Shown here: piece after piece, positions 39,471 through 50,000 of the stretch | How positions within the stretch are numbered: the stretch's first letter is position 1 | Layout of the letters: every line of letters starts with the position of its first letter | NCBI GenBank assembly: GCA_964447075.1 | Contig: CAYUQY010000004.1 | Span: 3,760 to 67,759 of the forward strand | Length of the DNA stretch: 64,000 nt | DNA from: an uncultured Pseudomonadales bacterium | Lineage (GTDB): Bacteria; Patescibacteriota; Microgenomatia; UBA1400; PJMF01 | Direction of reading: 5' to 3' | The notes under the pieces: generated by a model | Told to the model about the DNA's origin: nothing | What the model saw: only the letters and a program-made list of their open reading frames with translations | The model's database searches: none | Translations under genes and position numbers: made by a program

Positions 39471-41270
39471 CTAATTTAAGTTGCTGTTCTTTTTTAGCAA
39501 CCAACCTTGACGATAAGCTAAAATTAATCCACCAACTATGCTTAAAACAGTAGTTAGATCGCTCCACCATCTGACTGGAGTCTTGCCAAGCTGAAGCCCC
39601 ACTTTCTGCATACCTGGCTGAACATCAATTTGAATCGTACCTAAATCGCTTGGTCTAGTAGCCACTTCCTGGCCATCAACATAAGCCTTCCATCCAGGAA
39701 AGAAAACTGTGTGAAAGGAGAAACTGCCAGTAGATTGGACAGATATTTCTAGCAGCTTTTCTTGTGACCTATTCACAAGGACTTTGTTTTTGGAGCTATC
39801 ACAACTTGGACAAGTAATAAGTAGCTCTGCTTGGCTTAGTTCGAGGTCACTAGCTTCCATAAGGTTTTGCTTCTCACCTTTTTTAAGATCTAATGTAAGA
39901 GGGATGTAGTCAGGCAAAATACCACTCATTTTAGTCTGAATTTTGACAGGCTCTGTAAAGTACAAGGCTTCTGAGTTGTCCAAAAATGACTCTGGCTGAA
40001 AGTACTTTGCGTTGAGTAAAAAAGCACCTATTAAGACGATTGAGACAATCGGTACCATGGTTTTATTCTTTATGAATCCCAGTAACTGCCCGCAAAGAAG
40101 TGACAGGAAAACCACACCTACGCCCAAGAATCTCCATGGAAACTGAGCTGTCTGGAGAGGTTGGATGACATCCCAAATGGGCTTGGATTTTTCCAGAGAA
40201 AGAAACAGTGACCCGACCATCAAGCAAAAAATTAAGATGAACTGGGATGTAGCTAAATCTGCTAGCTTGAGCTGCTTTTTTATGAGAGAAATAAGGAACA
40301 GACCTAGTGACAGAACCACTGCTAGGAGCTGACCGTAACCCAAGAAAAAAGACATACCGTCGTCTGGTCCCCACGACGAGCCTGTAAATCCCCAGTTCGG
40401 GGTCAAAAATTGACGAATGTAGAGGAAGTGTTGAGAGTAGTGAAAGTAACCTCCCAAGATATCTTTTAAGTGGGTAAGATCTTTTTCTAGTAAAGCTGGA
40501 AAAAGATAAAAAGCTGTCAGACCCACGGCCAGTCCTGCCGATAGAAACAGAGCTTGAATCGACTTTTTCAGTGACAAACTATGCTCTTTCTTGTGTCTCT
40601 CTTGCCAAAGCATGCCTAGAGAAAATGCTGCAATAAAGGGCGCTGAGATCATGGTTGTGATGTTATGGCTTAAAAAAAGTGTGCATAAACTTAGGGTCAG
40701 AACTAGGCCACCATACTTTTCTCCTCTAACAACTTTCATAACTCCTAGAAGCACCCAAGGAAGAGACATAATGCCCCAGTTCTCAGAAACTGCTCCTCTA
40801 ACATAGAAGTTGACTGCCCTGTAAGGAGCTAAACTCAAGGCAGAGGACGAGACTAAAGCTGCCCAGACGCTACCATGAAGCTTCAAAGAAAGTAGGTAAC
40901 AACCCCAAAAAGTCAGAACAGCGCATAGAATATAAAGCAGTTTGATGCTCAAGATTGCATCTGGCCAGATCAAGTAGGCCATCCCACCCAAGTAGTACGG
41001 AAGTGGTGCATAGAAGATGTAGAGGGGCATGCCGTAGCCATAACCCAGATTGGCAGACCAACGCACCGGAACTTGGCCATCTGCGAGGCCTCTAGCCATC
41101 TCGACAACTCTGGCTGCATGGGTGTAGTCATGAACTCTGAAAAAAGTAGGCTCCAGCATGGGCACTAGAGTTGAAAAGATGCAGATCAGGGCTACTAAGG
41201 AAACCAGCCAAGCCTGCTTTTTCCAGATCTGAGACCACTTTAAACTGTACTTTGAACTGAAAAGTGACAT
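39471..41270 (-). CDS. PTPS-related membrane GT-C protein
   Basis: VHDYTHAAR, GQVPVRW..GYGMPLYIFY, YVRGAVSE, LSHN, QFPWRFL, FFPGW; ATG 41270 lies 7 nt after TAGAAT (alternative start 41279). Confidence 0.8.
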   Translation of the reverse strand: MSLFSSKYSLKWSQIWKKQAWLVSLVALICIFSTLVPMLEPTFFRVHDYTHAARVVEMARGLADGQVPVRWSANLGYGYGMPLYIFYAPLPYYLGGMAYLIWPDAILSIKLLYILCAVLTFWGCYLLSLKLHGSVWAALVSSSALSLAPYRAVNFYVRGAVSENWGIMSLPWVLLGVMKVVRGEKYGGLVLTLSLCTLFLSHNITTMISAPFIAAFSLGMLWQERHKKEHSLSLKKSIQALFLSAGLAVGLTAFYLFPALLEKDLTHLKDILGGYFHYSQHFLYIRQFLTPNWGFTGSSWGPDDGMSFFLGYGQLLAVVLSLGLFLISLIKKQLKLADLATSQFILIFCLMVGSLFLSLEKSKPIWDVIQPLQTAQFPWRFLGVGVVFLSLLCGQLLGFIKNKTMVPIVSIVLIGAFLLNAKYFQPESFLDNSEALYFTEPVKIQTKMSGILPDYIPLTLDLKKGEKQNLMEASDLELSQAELLITCPSCDSSKNKVLVNRSQEKLLEISVQSTGSFSFHTVFFPGWKAYVDGQEVATRPSDLGTIQIDVQPGMQKVGLQLGKTPVRWWSDLTTVLSIVGGLILAYRQGWLLKKNSNLN

Positions 41271-41498
41271 GGGCTCCATTCTACCTGTGAAAGGCTGAAA
41301 AGTATCGGGCTCTGTTCTACTCCATCCTAACTTATGCCACAGTCACCTTGAAACCAGGTGTAGCTCTTTCTAGCCAACTGAGCTTTAGACCCTGATCTCT
41401 TGAGCTTAACACCTTAGCTTGAGCTTAAGGTGCCACTTCCCAGTCTTAGTTGTTCATCAATCGAGACTAATTACCAAATGACTAGTACAATGTGAGGA

Positions 41499-42572
41499 GT
41501 GACAGCAACCACAGCTCGGCTCCATTTACTCGCAGTCTTCAAGGCTTTTTTTTGGCTATGTTTTTTTATCCTCTGCTTAGGAGTAATTATTTTGGGAGTT
41601 CTAGGAGTTTATTTCTGGGGCAAGCTTTCCGACTTCACTACTACAGCCAAGATTACTCCTGAGGCTCTCCATGAGCTTATCAAAACTGGTGTCGCCACCA
41701 AACCAAGACAGACTCATGATAGATCACTTTTCTTAGTCTTGGGCAGTGATGAGCTAGCTGGACGACCTGGGCTTCCCACGCTAACTGACAGCATACTCTT
41801 AGTCACTGTAGACGCTCAGCATGCCAAGATTTCTACCCTTAGCATCCCTCGAGATCTCTGGAGTAGTGAGTTCAAAACTCGCTTTAACTCTCTCTACGAG
41901 TATGGCAAAAAAAAATACCCTGATGAGCCTGAGAAGTTGGTCAGAGAGGCTCTCGAAAGTACTCTTCAACTCAAGATAGACTACACTCTTGTCATCACCA
42001 TCGAACAGCTTCAAGAGTTGATAGATGCTCTAGGAGGTGTGGATGTAGACGTCAAGGAATCTTTTGTCGATACTAGCTTCCCCAGAGCAGATGTCGACGT
42101 GACTGTAGAACGCAGTCCCACTAAACTCTTCGAAACCATTTCTTTCGCAAGTGGTGTCGAGCACATGAGTGGCGAGAGAGCCCTCAAGTACATGCGCAGT
42201 CGTCATGCAACTGGAACGCAAGGTAGTGATACAGCTAGAGCCGAGCGACAGCAGACTGTTTTTGCAGCCATACTTGCCCTTACAAAGCAACGCAGCTTCT
42301 TTTTTGATACTTCAAGACTAGGCGTCCTCTTTTCTTTTTACAAAAAAAACTTTGATCACTTCTTCCCCATGACTGAAGCTATCGGCTTAACTTACCAAGC
42401 CTTCCCCAAAATAATGCAACTTCAGTTTGCCTCACACGAACTAGCAGTATTTCCAGAAAATCCTGATGGCGTAATCACTCATCCTCTGCCTAATAAATAT
42501 GGCGGTCAGTGGGTCTGGGAGATTAAAGATAAAACTAAACTCCAGGAGTTCGTCAAGAAAGCGCTTTTTTGA
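41499..42572 (+). CDS. LCP (LytR-CpsA-Psr) glycopolymer-peptidoglycan ligase
   Basis: N-terminal TM, LVLGSD, TDSILL, SIPRDL, DALGGVDV, ALKYMRSRH, SDTARAERQQ. Confidence 0.92.
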   Translation: MTATTARLHLLAVFKAFFWLCFFILCLGVIILGVLGVYFWGKLSDFTTTAKITPEALHELIKTGVATKPRQTHDRSLFLVLGSDELAGRPGLPTLTDSILLVTVDAQHAKISTLSIPRDLWSSEFKTRFNSLYEYGKKKYPDEPEKLVREALESTLQLKIDYTLVITIEQLQELIDALGGVDVDVKESFVDTSFPRADVDVTVERSPTKLFETISFASGVEHMSGERALKYMRSRHATGTQGSDTARAERQQTVFAAILALTKQRSFFFDTSRLGVLFSFYKKNFDHFFPMTEAIGLTYQAFPKIMQLQFASHELAVFPENPDGVITHPLPNKYGGQWVWEIKDKTKLQEFVKKALF

Positions 42573-42578
42573 TACAAT
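42570..42578 (+). promoter_or_regulatory. Extended -10 element upstream of the small ORF and rmlBD
   Basis: TG-A-TACAAT overlapping the LCP stop codon. Confidence 0.4.
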
Positions 42579-42656
42579 GTAGCAACCTTACTACGCAAGC
42601 TCACTTTTTAGACAAGCAATCCAGTCAAGTTCTTTGGTGAAGACTATCTATCTAAC

Positions 42657-42797
42657 ATGATATTTGCAAACACTCACTACCCCAACCTCTTAAGAATCTG
42701 CCTTGTAGTGATTGTCTGCTTGGCACTTGCAGCTGGCTACTACAGCGACGCAGTTTCTCTTTCTCTCAAAAAATATCAACTTTTAGAATCAAGGTAG
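42657..42797 (+). CDS. 46-aa single-pass membrane peptide
   Basis: Below track cut-off. MIFANTHYPNLLRICLVVIVCLALAAGYYSDAVSLSLKKYQLLESR; fills the gap before rmlB. Confidence 0.4.
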   Translation: MIFANTHYPNLLRICLVVIVCLALAAGYYSDAVSLSLKKYQLLESR

Positions 42798-42825
42798 CTC
42801 TCGAGTACTTCAAAAAAGGATTACG

Positions 42826-43842
42826 ATGCAAAAAACAATCATGGTCACAGGTGGAGCTGGTTTTATCGGAAGTAATTTTATCCGCCACTGGCTTAAAAAT
42901 TACCCTGACAACAGGATAATCAACTTTGATGCTCTAACCTATGCCGGAAATCTATCTAGTCTCAAAGACATAGAGAGCCTACCCAACTATCGCTTTGTCA
43001 AAGGGGACATTAGAAAAGTTGAGCAAGTAGAGCCAATTGTGGCTGAGTCCGACCTGGTCGTGCACTTTGCAGCTGAGAGCCACGTAGATCGCTCGATTCT
43101 TGGACCTCAAGAGTTCATCCAAACAAATGTCGTAGGCACACAGGTTCTTTTAGACTGTGCTGTAAAAACAAAGCTAAAACACTTTCACCATGTTTCGACT
43201 GACGAAGTCTTTGGCTCGCTTGAGTTAGAAAGTTCTGAAAAATTTGACGAAAGCAGACGCTATGATCCCAGAAGTCCTTACTCTGCCAGCAAGGCGGCTT
43301 CTGATCACTTAGTGAGAGCCTATGGCGACACTTATGGTCTCAACTACACTCTGACCAACTGCTCCAACAACTATGGTGAGTACCACTTCCCAGAAAAATT
43401 TATTCCTCTGGCAATCACCCAAGTTCTGGAAGGCAAGAAAGTACCTGTCTATGGTGATGGCCTCAACGTGAGGGACTGGCTCTATGTCCAAGATCACTGC
43501 CGAGCGATTGATCTAGTAATTAACCACGGTAAGTCGCAGCAGACCTACCTTGTTGGCGGCATGAGTCATGATGTGAGCAATCTAGAGCTGATCAAGCTCA
43601 CCCTCAAACTAATGGGGAAAAGCGAAGATATGATCGAGTATGTCAAAGATAGACCAGGTCATGACCGTCGTTACGCAGTCAATTGGAGTCACATCAACAG
43701 CACTCTTGGCTGGAAACCATCGGTCTCACTTGAAGAAGGTCTGACCAAAACTATAGCCTGGTACTCAAACAACGAGAGTTGGTGGAAGCCACTCAAAACT
43801 AAAGCTCAAGAATTTTTTACCCAAAACTATAAAACAATCTGA
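42826..43842 (+). CDS. rmlB: dTDP-glucose 4,6-dehydratase
   Basis: GGAGFIGSNF, LTYAGN, AAESHVDRS, STDEVFG, YSASK, RPGHDRRYA. Confidence 0.97.
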   Translation: MQKTIMVTGGAGFIGSNFIRHWLKNYPDNRIINFDALTYAGNLSSLKDIESLPNYRFVKGDIRKVEQVEPIVAESDLVVHFAAESHVDRSILGPQEFIQTNVVGTQVLLDCAVKTKLKHFHHVSTDEVFGSLELESSEKFDESRRYDPRSPYSASKAASDHLVRAYGDTYGLNYTLTNCSNNYGEYHFPEKFIPLAITQVLEGKKVPVYGDGLNVRDWLYVQDHCRAIDLVINHGKSQQTYLVGGMSHDVSNLELIKLTLKLMGKSEDMIEYVKDRPGHDRRYAVNWSHINSTLGWKPSVSLEEGLTKTIAWYSNNESWWKPLKTKAQEFFTQNYKTI

Positions 43843-43939
43843 AGTAGAGACTCTACTGAGTCTAAATATTAATTTCACAAAGTAAGATTATTAACTGTAC
43901 CAGATTACAAAATCAGAAATTTTATTTTTAGAAAGCTGT

Positions 43940-44833
43940 ATGTCAAAAATTCCAGTCCTAGGCACAGGCCTGAATGGCCTAGTAGGCTCAAAACTTGCAA
44001 GCGACTTTGCTACGAGCTACGACTTTGATAATCTTGATCTATCAGATCCAAAAAGACCTGTAGACATTACAAAGTACGACGATGTAGCTCAGGTTTTTGA
44101 GAGCTCAAAGGCAGAAGTGGTCGTCCACTTTGCCGCCTTCACCGATGTCACAAAAGCATGGGCTCAGAATGGTGACAAATCTGGTTCAGCCTATAGAGTA
44201 AATGTCATTGGGACCCAAAATATAGTTCAGGCAGCTGAAGCAACTGGCAAACACTTGATTCACATCTCCACAGCCTATGTTTTTGATGGGAACAAGGATG
44301 AGCTCTATGTTGAGACAGATCTGCCAAATCCAATTGAGTGGTACGGTCAAACCAAACTTCTAGCGGAGGAGGCAGTCCTAGAGATGGGTCACAAGGCAAG
44401 TATTTTGCGTATTGATCAGCCTTTTAGATCTGACGTGCATCTGCGCAAAGATATTGTGAGACGACTACTAGAGAGCATGAGTTCCGGAAAGCTCTATCCC
44501 CAGTTCGTTGATCACAGTTTTGGGCCTACTTGGATAGATGATTTTGCCAAGGTCATAGACTGGTTTATACGGACCAAAAGTACTGGAGTTTTTCACGCAA
44601 GTAGTGGTGAGAGTTGGAGTGACTTTGAGTTCGCAGTTAAGCTCAAGAATCTCTTTTATCCAGATGTTGAGATTGTAAAAGGACACCTTGGTGAGTATCT
44701 TAAAACCCTGGGTAGGCCCTATCAAAAAAACACGGCTATGTCCAACCAAAAGCTGGTTAAGAGCTTGGATTTTAAATTGAAGAGCATTAACCAAGCTTTA
44801 GAGATGGTGATACTTGACAAAGCAATCACTTAA
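43940..44833 (+). CDS. rmlD: dTDP-4-dehydrorhamnose reductase
   Basis: GLNGLVG, AAFTDV, ISTAYVFDG, YGQTKLLAE; follows rmlB. Confidence 0.85.
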   Translation: MSKIPVLGTGLNGLVGSKLASDFATSYDFDNLDLSDPKRPVDITKYDDVAQVFESSKAEVVVHFAAFTDVTKAWAQNGDKSGSAYRVNVIGTQNIVQAAEATGKHLIHISTAYVFDGNKDELYVETDLPNPIEWYGQTKLLAEEAVLEMGHKASILRIDQPFRSDVHLRKDIVRRLLESMSSGKLYPQFVDHSFGPTWIDDFAKVIDWFIRTKSTGVFHASSGESWSDFEFAVKLKNLFYPDVEIVKGHLGEYLKTLGRPYQKNTAMSNQKLVKSLDFKLKSINQALEMVILDKAIT

Positions 44834-44850
44834 TCGCACTTCATCTCGCC

Positions 44851-47034
44851 ATGTTCAAAGTCAAGTTTAGAAAAAAGTATTTTAGTAGCATTTTAATCTT
44901 ACTTTTTTTTTGCATAATTTTTTTCCTCTCCTGGTGGACAGATCCCACACCTCAACTTCAAGGGACACTCCTCATCTATGACAGGCACGGTAAGCTTATT
45001 TATCAACAAGCTGGAGCCGTGGTCAGACGAAAGCAAAATGTCTCTTTAGACCAAGTACCAAAGATGCTCCAGGAGGCTGTAGTTCTCACTGAGGATGAAA
45101 GATTCTGGCAACACCTTGGCTTTGATCCGCTGGCCATACTCAGAGCTAGCTACGACAACAGTGCTAGTGGTGAAGTCAGGTCAGGAGCCAGCACCATCAC
45201 CCAACAACTGATCCGCATCACTGTCATCTCTCCCTACTCTCGCGCTCCCAACACTCTGACGCGTAAACTGCAAGAAGTTTTGATGGCAACAAGGTTAACC
45301 TTTGCCAAAACCAAGAATCAAGTGCTGGAAACTTACCTAAATGAAGTTCATCTTGGGCACGGTACGTATGGAGTAGAAGCTGCTTCTCGATACTACTTTG
45401 ATCGAACTGTTTCTGGACTCTCGATATCTCAGTCTGCCCTGCTAGCTGGCCTTATAGCCAATCCTTCTGCCTTTGATCCTTTTGATTTTCCCAAACAAGC
45501 CACTTCACGACGCAATAAAGTTCTTCAAAAGATGCTAGATGCTGGAGCAATAGATGCAGAACAACTGAGTATTTCTCAGATAGAGCCACTACCCACAGTA
45601 GCTCATGCCCAAAACATAGTCTCTCCTCACTTTGTCCAAATGGTGATCAGCGAGCTTGAAAAACTGAAACTCTGGCCAAGTAGTGAAGGCTTAGTTGTTC
45701 AGACAACTCTCGATTCTGACTGGCAAAAAGTAGTTGAGTCGACAGCGACACTTCAGATAGAAAAAATTAAAGTCGATCATCTTGCTTCCAATGCTGGAGT
45801 GGTAGTACTTGAAAATAAATCTGGGAAGATTTTAGCTCTCTTGGGTAGTGTAGGTTTTGAGGATGTTCAGCTGCAAGGTCAAAACAACATGGTTTTGGCT
45901 CAAAGACAGCCTGGATCAGCGTTTAAACCCCTCACTTACGCAGCTGCTTTTCAAAACGGAGTCATAACCCCTGATACGCTTATTGATGATCGAGCCAAAG
46001 CTTATCTGACTAAATCAGGTGAAGGCTTTATTCCCAACAACTATGATGGTCGCTATCATGGCTTGGTAAGCGCCCGCACGGCGTTAGCATCCTCATACAA
46101 CGCTCCTGCTGTGGAAGTCTTAAGCCGGGTCTCAGTCGGCAAGACTTTAGAGTTTGCCAAAAAACTTGGCATCTCCACTTTGCGCTCAGTTGACAACTAC
46201 GACTTGGCTTTAACCCTAGGTGGTGGAGAGGTAAATCTGTTAGAGCTCACTAACGCTTATGCAACTTTTGCTAGACGGGGTCAAAGTAAACGGACATTTT
46301 TCATCAACTCAGTCACTAACTCTGGGGGCGCACAACTCTATAGCCACGTCGATGACGTGACTGATAGAGTCATGGATGAAAAAACAGCCGATCAAATCAA
46401 TGAAATCCTCAGCGACACCACAGCTAGAATGCCAGGATTTGGACAGAGATCTCCTCTGGAAACTGCCGTTCAGGCTGCTGTCAAAACCGGCACTACTACA
46501 GACTGGCACGACAACTGGACGATAGGCTACACGCCCACCCACACAGTAGGAGTCTGGGTAGGTAACTCTGACAACTCCCCCATGCGTCGGATCACAGGTG
46601 TAACAGGAGCTGCTCCAATTTGGCATGAGATTATAGAGTTACTATCTGCAAACGCACCAAACACTAAGTTTGTGCGTCCTGGACAAGAAACAAGTTTTCA
46701 GCAAAATATCACAGTTGAAGATGATCAGGATGATAGTCTTTTACAAATTATTAGTCCTAAACACTTAAGTACTTTTGAAGTTTTGCCTTCAAGACTGGAG
46801 ACACTTAGTCTTGAAGTCACTCCTTATAAACTAGTAGTTTCGGTAGATTGGTATCTGGATCATCAACTCCTTGAGCTGTCCGAGTGTCAAGTAAGCTCAA
46901 AAACCAGCTGCCAATGGAGAGCTACTAGAATCGGTGAACATACTCTCTTTGCTGTGGCACATCTAGATAACGGCTCAAAAATTAAGCTTGATGAGCTTAA
47001 GTTTTCAGTTCAGGAATACAAGAAGGAGTGGTAA
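44851..47034 (+). CDS. pbpC: Class A penicillin-binding protein, PBP1C-like
   Basis: Transglycosylase motifs EDERF, GASTITQQL, RKLQE, YLN; transpeptidase motifs SAFK, SYN, KTGT; adjacent to alpha-2-macroglobulin. Confidence 0.85.
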   Translation: MFKVKFRKKYFSSILILLFFCIIFFLSWWTDPTPQLQGTLLIYDRHGKLIYQQAGAVVRRKQNVSLDQVPKMLQEAVVLTEDERFWQHLGFDPLAILRASYDNSASGEVRSGASTITQQLIRITVISPYSRAPNTLTRKLQEVLMATRLTFAKTKNQVLETYLNEVHLGHGTYGVEAASRYYFDRTVSGLSISQSALLAGLIANPSAFDPFDFPKQATSRRNKVLQKMLDAGAIDAEQLSISQIEPLPTVAHAQNIVSPHFVQMVISELEKLKLWPSSEGLVVQTTLDSDWQKVVESTATLQIEKIKVDHLASNAGVVVLENKSGKILALLGSVGFEDVQLQGQNNMVLAQRQPGSAFKPLTYAAAFQNGVITPDTLIDDRAKAYLTKSGEGFIPNNYDGRYHGLVSARTALASSYNAPAVEVLSRVSVGKTLEFAKKLGISTLRSVDNYDLALTLGGGEVNLLELTNAYATFARRGQSKRTFFINSVTNSGGAQLYSHVDDVTDRVMDEKTADQINEILSDTTARMPGFGQRSPLETAVQAAVKTGTTTDWHDNWTIGYTPTHTVGVWVGNSDNSPMRRITGVTGAAPIWHEIIELLSANAPNTKFVRPGQETSFQQNITVEDDQDDSLLQIISPKHLSTFEVLPSRLETLSLEVTPYKLVVSVDWYLDHQLLELSECQVSSKTSCQWRATRIGEHTLFAVAHLDNGSKIKLDELKFSVQEYKKEW

Positions 47035-50000
47035 AATTACCTTTGAGGTCGAGAGACTTAATAATGAAAACCAAGTCACGTCTGCCCCCACAACCACTCT
47101 GGACAAAAGCTTTTTCTATGTTGAGGAAGTTTCAGAAAAAGTTACGACTGCTTACAGCAAAAAAACTACCACAACTGTCAAAGATATTTTCCTCGAGGCT
47201 AAAACTAATAGTCTTTGACTGGAAAAGATTTTTAGCCTCAGATCGCGTGAGTCTAGTTCAAGAGCTAGCACTTAACTCATTTAGGCAGCTAAAAACTTTT
47301 GCTATTTTCCTCAAAAAATATTTTCTCACTAGAGTAAGCCAGTTTGTCACTAACTTTAGAACGGCTTCTCTAAGAACAAAAGTCCGACTCTTAATTCTAC
47401 CAGTATTTTTGTGCCTCCTGGCTCTCTTTACCTGGCAGTCTAGCTCTCTTTTCACACCCCCAAAAGTTGTAGTCACATTTCCCGACAGTCAGTCTCGAGA
47501 TGTTTCCGTCGCCACCAAGGTTACTATCCAGTTTGATCGACCTATGCTGAGTCAGCACTTTGGTACTCCTCTCAAGTTTGGAAAAACTACTGCATCCGAG
47601 CTAACTCCAGTGCAGTTTTCTAGTGATGAAAAACCAGATTCAGTTTCCTGGCAAGGCAGCAACACTCTGAGCTTCACTCCTGCTTCCCCGCTTGAGAGAA
47701 ATACTGAGTACATCCTGAAGGTTGATCGTGGTTTGTTCTCAAGTTACTTTGTACCGCTGTGGCAGGCACAGACTGTCAAGTTTACGACAGAAGGCGATCC
47801 CAAAATTTTACTTGCCTCACCTCAAGGAGAAATTCTGGAGAAAAAACCAATCATCACGATTATGTTTGACCGCCCTATGGTCCCAGTCACTCTGGAGGGC
47901 AAAGAAGCTGATGACAGTAGTGACATGCTGAAGTCACCTCTGATCTTTATCCCCCTAGTTCCTGGCAGCGGCAGGTGGCTAGGTAGCTCTGCCTATGAGT
48001 GGACTCCAGATAAAAACCTAGCTCCAGCCACTACCTTTCAGTATGGGGTGGCCCCAGGTCTCAAAGCACAAGATGGCTCACAAATGCTCCAATCTCACAG
48101 CTTTAGTTTTGAAACAGAGAGCCCACACGTAGCTCTTCCAGTCTGTACTGGATCTCAGATGGAGTGTGAGTCATTTGAGTCCCAGAATGCAAACACTGTC
48201 ACTGTACCAGCTAGTGGTGAAAAGTATGCCAATATTGCTACTCCGATAGTAGTCAACCTTAACTTGCCGGTAACTCTTGAGTCAGCGCAAAGTAGCGTAA
48301 AACTCTTTGCCGAGAGAGGAGCTACCACTCTTCGAGATGTGCCAGCCACCATTCAAGTTCATAAAAAACAGATAATCCTGACCCCAAATCAACCTCTTGA
48401 GCGAGAACTCAGCTATAGGATTCAGATTTCCCCTGGCTTAAAAACACTCGGAGGGCCAAATCAATCGAAAGATAGTTACTCCTTCTACTTCAAAACCGCT
48501 CCTCTGCCCAAAGTCCTAAGCTCAGATCCCAGTGATGGTACCAAGAACTCTGACGAAACATCTCAACTAAAAGTGAAGTTCAACGCCCCGATGAAGCAGT
48601 CAAGCTTCAATGGACGACTCCACATTGATCCACTCCCTAAGGGCGATCTTGATCTCTACTTCTCCAACTACTCCGATAACAATACTTTGAGCATCAACAG
48701 CAGCTTCGAGAGATCAACCAGCTACAAAGTCACGCTAGACCCTGAAGTTGTTGATCAGCACGGCACTCCTCTTGGTAAATCATTTCAATTTTCTTTTGAG
48801 ACTGCCCCATATGATTCAACTGTAGTGATCGAGCCATCTGGCACCTACTTTGCCACTTTTAGTCAGAGTCTCGGTCCAAAATTTCTAGTCAGATCTAGGA
48901 ACACCAGTTCAGTATCTGTAGATGTATTTAAGATTGATAGGTCATCATTTTTGGAGTTGTATCGAGCTAGACAGAACTATCAAGAAAGTGAAGAGTTTCG
49001 ATCCTGGCAGTACTTTAGCACCCAGAAACTATCCAAACTTAATTCTTGGCAGATACCTATCGAGTCTCCGCTTAATGTCTCCAAAAAAATGGTTCTAGAA
49101 CTAAAAGATGATAAGGGTCAAAAACTACCAGCTGGCATGTATCTACTGGATCTCTCAGTTCCCAAAGGCAAGCGTCGTGATCGGACAGTGGTCATCATCT
49201 CTGACTCAGCTACAACCTTCAAGATCTCACCTCAAGATATGCTCATCTGGGCAGTTAATCAGTCAAACGGTCAGCCGATATCCAAGCAAAACATAGAGAT
49301 TACAGACAAAGTTGGTGAGTCACAGGGCTTAGGTCAGACCAACTCAGATGGAGTTTGGCAGCTGCACGACTCAATGCCGTACTCAAGACTACTTGAAAAA
49401 AACAAAGGCCAGCTAGTTTTGTTTGCCTTTCTCAAAGAAGGCGACAACGAAACAGTCGTTGCCTCTGACTGGTCAAGTGGCCTTGATGGCAGCGACTTTG
49501 GATTAAACAGCTCCTACTACCCCACAAAGACAAATGATAAACAAAATGAAGTTTATTTACTGATAGATCGACCGATCTATCGGCCTGGTCAAAAAGTCTA
49601 CTACAAAGGCGTAGTGCGTAGGCGTCAAGACAACAACTACACCCTTCCCACCCCTAACTCGCCACTTCAACTGACTGTCCATGATAGCCAGAACAAGGAA
49701 ATATACGCTACTACTGTCACGACATCTTCAGCTGGGAGTTTTGCAGGCGAGTTTAGCTTGGGACAGTCTGGTAAAGTCGGGGAGCACTCTCTAGTGGTCA
49801 AGATGGGAGAGACGCAAGCCTCTCAAGATTTCCAAGTCGAGATGTTTAGAACTCCAGAATTTGCAGTCAAAATACTTACTCCACAACAACTACTTATAGA
49901 TGAGCTTATCAAGCCCACTATCTCAGCCTCTTACTACTTTGGAGCTCCTCTTCCTAGAGCAAAGGTCAGCTGGAGCCTGACAGGGCAGGATGCTCCTTAC

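Noticed and set aside
12390-41915. A/T homopolymers of 8-9 nt in coding regions (e.g. about 12390, 15078, 17853, 41907) as phase-variation switches
   Set aside because: Short, encode ordinary Lys/Phe runs, all frames are intact, and no long G/C tracts were seen
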